The notes below the pieces were generated by a model, which was given only the letters and a program-made list of their open reading frames with translations, was not told the origin of the DNA and did no database searches. 64,000 bases of DNA from Eledone cirrhosa (taxonomy: Eukaryota), in assembly GCA_964016885.1 (NCBI GenBank), contig OZ024742.1:102424001-102488000 (forward strand). The letters are read 5' to 3'. Below are positions 59,235 through 64,000 of this stretch, in pieces. The position numbers and the translations under genes were made by a program. Numbering within the stretch: the stretch's first letter is position 1; each line of letters opens with the position of its first letter.

Positions 59235-59800
59235 TAATAATTGGATACATTTTTGTGTGAAGTTCCAGAGCGGGCCATCGATCACTTTTTCTTGTGTCTT
59301 TGCTTTCATCCGAGCCCCCTCCCCCCGTCGCCCCCTTTGTTCCCCCCTCTATTCCGTCGCCACCTCGTTCCAATGACAATATCTCTCTCCAACTCTAACC
59401 CCAACCCATTGTCTCTCTTCCTCTCACTTTCTCTCTCTCTCTCTCTATCCTTTTCCCCTTTCTCTATCTATCTATCTGTTTCTCCTTCGCTGTCCTCTCC
59501 CCTTTATTTCTTTATCAATATATATATATATATATATGTCTCTCTATCTGCCCCTGTATCGCTGTATCAATCTATCTATCTATTTGTCTATCTGTCTATC
59601 TATCAATCTATCTATCTATCTATTAACCAATCAATCAGTCTATCTGTCTATCTATCTACCCCCCCCCGTCTCTATCTATCTATCCCCCCCTCACTCTCCT
59701 TGTTTGTCTTCAATTTCTCAACACCCTAGCTCAAGTCCTCAAGCAATATTCACCATATACACACAATCGTACTATATCCTTCCTTTACACATACTTATAT

Positions 59801-59853
<53 letters not shown>

Positions 59854-59999
59854 TATATCATCATAGACATACAAATATACATACACACATACACACGCAC
59901 ACATTCACACAAACACATACACACACAAACACATACAAGCACATACATGCACACAGAGAGATACATCCTCACAGACATACAAATGCATACTCACACACA

Positions 60000-60062
<63 letters not shown>

Positions 60063-60099
60063 ACACAATAACACACAAACACACACATACACATAAGCA

Positions 60100-60490
60100 C
60101 ACACATATCCACACAAACACACACAAACACAAAGAAACACACACACACATACACACACTCACGCAGACGTACATATACACGCCACCACATATGACCCGTA
60201 CACACACACATATAGTTACAGTGTGTGTGTACGGGTCATATGTGGTGGCGTGTATATGTACGTCTGCGTGTGTATGTGTGCTTGCGTATGTGTGAGTGTG
60301 TGTGTGTGTACGGGTCATATGTGGTGGCGTGTATATGTACGTCTGCGTGAGTGTGTGTATGTGTGCTTGCGTATGTGTGAGTGTGTGTGTGTGTACGGGT
60401 CAAATGTGGTGGCGTGTATATGTACGTCTGCATGAGTGTGTATGTGTGTGTGTGTTTCTTTGTGTATGCGTGTGTTTGTGTGGATATGTG
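60100..60490. repeat. Inverted + tandem ~80-bp GT-rich unit
   Basis: gtacgggtcatatgtggtggcgtgtatatgtacgtctgc x3, preceded by one inverted copy. Confidence 0.85.
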
Positions 60491-60729
60491 TATGTGTGTC
60501 TCTTATATTTCCCCACGATGTACAAATTGAAGTTTCTCTCACTCTCTCCTTCACTCTCTCTTTGTGTGTTTGTCTATCGTCGGCTCTGGCTCTCTCCCTC
60601 TCTCTGTTTATGTGTCTGTCTAACTCTCTCGTGCATATAGACCGTCCTTGCACACAGACCATAAGGTCTTAACACGCACATATGCACTGACAGTTTTATA
60701 CACGCAAACACACAAACATACATACATAC

Positions 60730-60776
<47 letters not shown>

Positions 60777-60899
60777 AATGTATTGACAGTTTTGTATAGA
60801 CTTTTACACACACAGTAACATACATAGAAAGGCATACCTACTTACACACATACACATACAGACAAGCTTACGCACATACGCACACACACATAGACAAAC

Positions 60900-61008
60900 A
60901 TAATTATATACAAGCATACACACACACAAACACATATATGCAGACAGACTTATATACAAGCATACATATACACACAGACACACATAGACAGACAGATTTA
61001 TATACAAG

Positions 61009-61054
<46 letters not shown>

Positions 61055-61690
61055 TACATACATATACAGACACGCTGACACACACACATTGACAGACTTA
61101 TATACAAGCATACACACACACATACAGACACACACACACACACATAGACAGACTTATATACAAGCATACACACACACATACAGACACACACATACACACA
61201 CATAGACAGACTTATATACAAGCATACACACACACAGGCACACACACACAGAGACAGACACACACACATAGACAGACTTATATACAAGCATACACACACA
61301 CATACAGACACAGACACACATAGACAGACTTATATACAAGCATACACACACACATACAGACACACACACACATAGACAGACTTATATACAAGCATACACA
61401 CACACACAGGCACACACACAGGCACACACACAGGCACACACACACACACACACACAGAGACAGACACACACACATAGACAGACTTATATACAAGCATACA
61501 CACACACATACAGACACACACACACATACACACACACACACACACATAGACAGACTTATATACAAGCATACACACACACATACAGACACACACACAGACA
61601 GACTTATATACAAGCATACACACACACACAGACACACACACACAGAGACAGACACACACAGACACAGACACACAGACACACAGTCACACA
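60900..61690. repeat. Minisatellite of a ~60-bp unit (gacagacttatatacaagcata + CA runs)
   Basis: About 12 copies by eye. Confidence 0.9.
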
Positions 61691-62215
61691 CAGGCAGCCA
61701 TCGTCACCGCCCTTCTTTCATCATCATTTCCTTTTCCTTCTCCATCGTTGTTCATTTCCCGTATCCTTAATCCCTTGCGGTGGGGGAGAGTGGGTGAGGG
61801 TGAGGGTGGAAGGTTGAAGATCCACACCCCTTACCTTCCGCCATAGCCTTCTTCCCGCACCCACATTCTCCTATCTATTTCAATATATCACTTACACACA
61901 CACGCTGGCATCGAGCCCGTCGCACAAGCGCACATGCCTGCACGTGGGCAATATTACACATACACAAATACAAACACATATACATACACACACACATACA
62001 CACACGCACACACACACACATACACACTTATTAAGTTTTACCTTCTTTTACTTGTTCTCTCCCCCCTCTCTCTCTATATCTATGTATCTCTCTATCTCCC
62101 TCTCTCTCCGTCTCTCTCTCTCTCTCTCACACACACGCGACGTAACTATAAACTTGCACACATACGAAATATACCTCTATCTTCCGTACTCACACGCAGA
62201 CAAAATCACATACGC

Positions 62216-62303
<88 letters not shown>

Positions 62304-62467
62304 ATATATATATATATTTACATATATATATATAATATATACACACACCAACACACACATACGCACACATACATACACACAGATATATATATATAATATA
62401 TATATATTTGTATATATATATATACACAGCAACACACACACACGCACGCACATACATACACACATAG

Positions 62468-62507
<40 letters not shown>

Positions 62508-62939
62508 CACACCAACACACACACACGCACACACGCATACATACACACACGTCCTGTGGCGTAACCTCAAACATATAAACAGGTCTGAACTCTCTTCTTT
62601 TACCACCCCCTTACTCTTTTATACGCACATACACCCAGACACACGCGCATACATAAACATACACATGGCAGCGTAAGCTTAAACACACTTTCTTCTGTGT
62701 TTACATACAGACCCAATTTTCACACACATACACACAGGCATATATCACACATACACTCACACACGTATATAACACACATACATTCACACACGCATATAAC
62801 ATATACACTCACACACGCATAGAACATACATACTCACACACGCATATAGCACATATACACTCACACACGCATATGATACACATACACTCACATACGCGCT
62901 CAATGCATTCTATTCATAAATCGTATGCTTGCATGTAAC

Positions 62940-63009
<70 letters not shown>

Positions 63010-63661
63010 CACACTCATTCACACACACACACTCATTCACACACACACACACACACACACATACACACATGCACACACGCACATATGTAATATAGATGTA
63101 CTATGCGTGTGTGTGCGTGCGTGCATATATATACACACACATACACGTTCATATATAATATAGATATGCATGCTCGTGTTTGTGCATATATATATATATA
63201 CACATGTGTGTGTGTGTGTGTGTGTGTGTGTACATACACGTGGCTGGACATCTGTTGGCTACACACACATGGAAACACGCAAGCAACCAAGTAATGAGGC
63301 ACATCCACCATTTACATGCAATAAGTATTAACGAACATGTACACAATGAAGGTGCGTAGCTTAGTGGTTAGAGCATTGGGCTTGCAATCGGGAGGTTGTG
63401 AATCTCGGACCGGTTGATGCGTTGTGTCCTTGAACAAGACACTTCATATAAGATAAAATGCAAAATAGATTACATAATGTGGTATTGGATGAATTTTGAC
63501 TTGGGGAAAGACGGGATGATCATGCCTGGAATGACTTTGATCATAGAGGGTGTTTCATCAGTATGTATCTGCGGGTAAACGCAAGCTCCATAAGCATAAA
63601 CAGTACACAAATATACTGATATAGGCAGTCGCGTGTGAAGGCATGTGGCTTAGTGGTTAGG

Positions 63662-63965
63662 CAGCGTTTCTAAACCTTTTTACCTTTGTTTTCATGTCTC
63701 AGGGAACCCCTGCATAACATAATTATTATATAACATTATTACGGGTAACAACCTAGTTTTAAAAAATATAAGAGGTTGAAGCCTATATTATAATAATCAA
63801 GGATTTCCAACAATATGCTGTATGGGTATAGTACAATTACGAATATGAAATCAAACAAAAATTACTAAAAAATGCGTTAACTTATTTATCACTGTTTCTC
63901 GTGGAACCCCTAGCGATCTCTTGTGGAACCCTAGGGTTCTTAAGAACACCAGTTGAGAAACGCTG
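63662..63965. mobile_element. hAT-like MITE inserted in a tRNA-SINE head
   Basis: TIRs cagcgtttctaaac / gttgagaaacgctg; interrupts gtggcttagtggttagg..gtattcgactcacg. Confidence 0.75.
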
Positions 63966-64000
63966 GATTGAGGTATTCGACTCACGATTGTAAATTCATT

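Noticed and set aside
59035-59376. Poly-D/poly-N ORF
   Set aside because: (GAT)n/(AAT)n microsatellite.
60900-61690. CRISPR-like regularly spaced 22-nt repeat
   Set aside because: Spacers are (CA)n variants rather than unique sequence; eukaryotic context, no cas genes; a minisatellite.

Overview
Eukaryotic, extremely AT/microsatellite-rich, gene-poor DNA. It is most likely from an octopus/coleoid cephalopod, judged from many copies of a tRNA-derived SINE resembling the octopus OK family. Almost all listed ORFs are (TA)n/(CA)n artefacts. The real coding remnants are all retrotransposons: a CR1/L2-group LINE (APE+RT, 341-3514, minus), a 5'-truncated Penelope-like element (PLE) with an uninterrupted RT+GIY-YIG ORF (23299-24885), two Neptune-type PLE GIY-YIG tails, an R4/Dong-type RT+RLE element inserted in (TAA)n (30484-32184) and several RTE 3' ends. 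hAT/piggyBac-like MITEs, SINEs and a tRNA-Asp pseudogene are also present. The main signal is not in the ORF track. The short unique islands between the TA arrays carry about ten intact and several broken minimal type-I hammerhead ribozymes (CUGANGA...GAAA...NUH) from at least eight different sequence families, in tandem and fold-back arrangements. They include a non-coding 564-bp tandem retrozyme-like element, a ribozyme with a ~115-nt stem II, and a recurrent non-canonical 10.1:11.1 pair. Two candidate minus-strand host exons lie at 45-47 kb. All structures were read by eye and were not folded or searched computationally; SINE coordinates are approximate.
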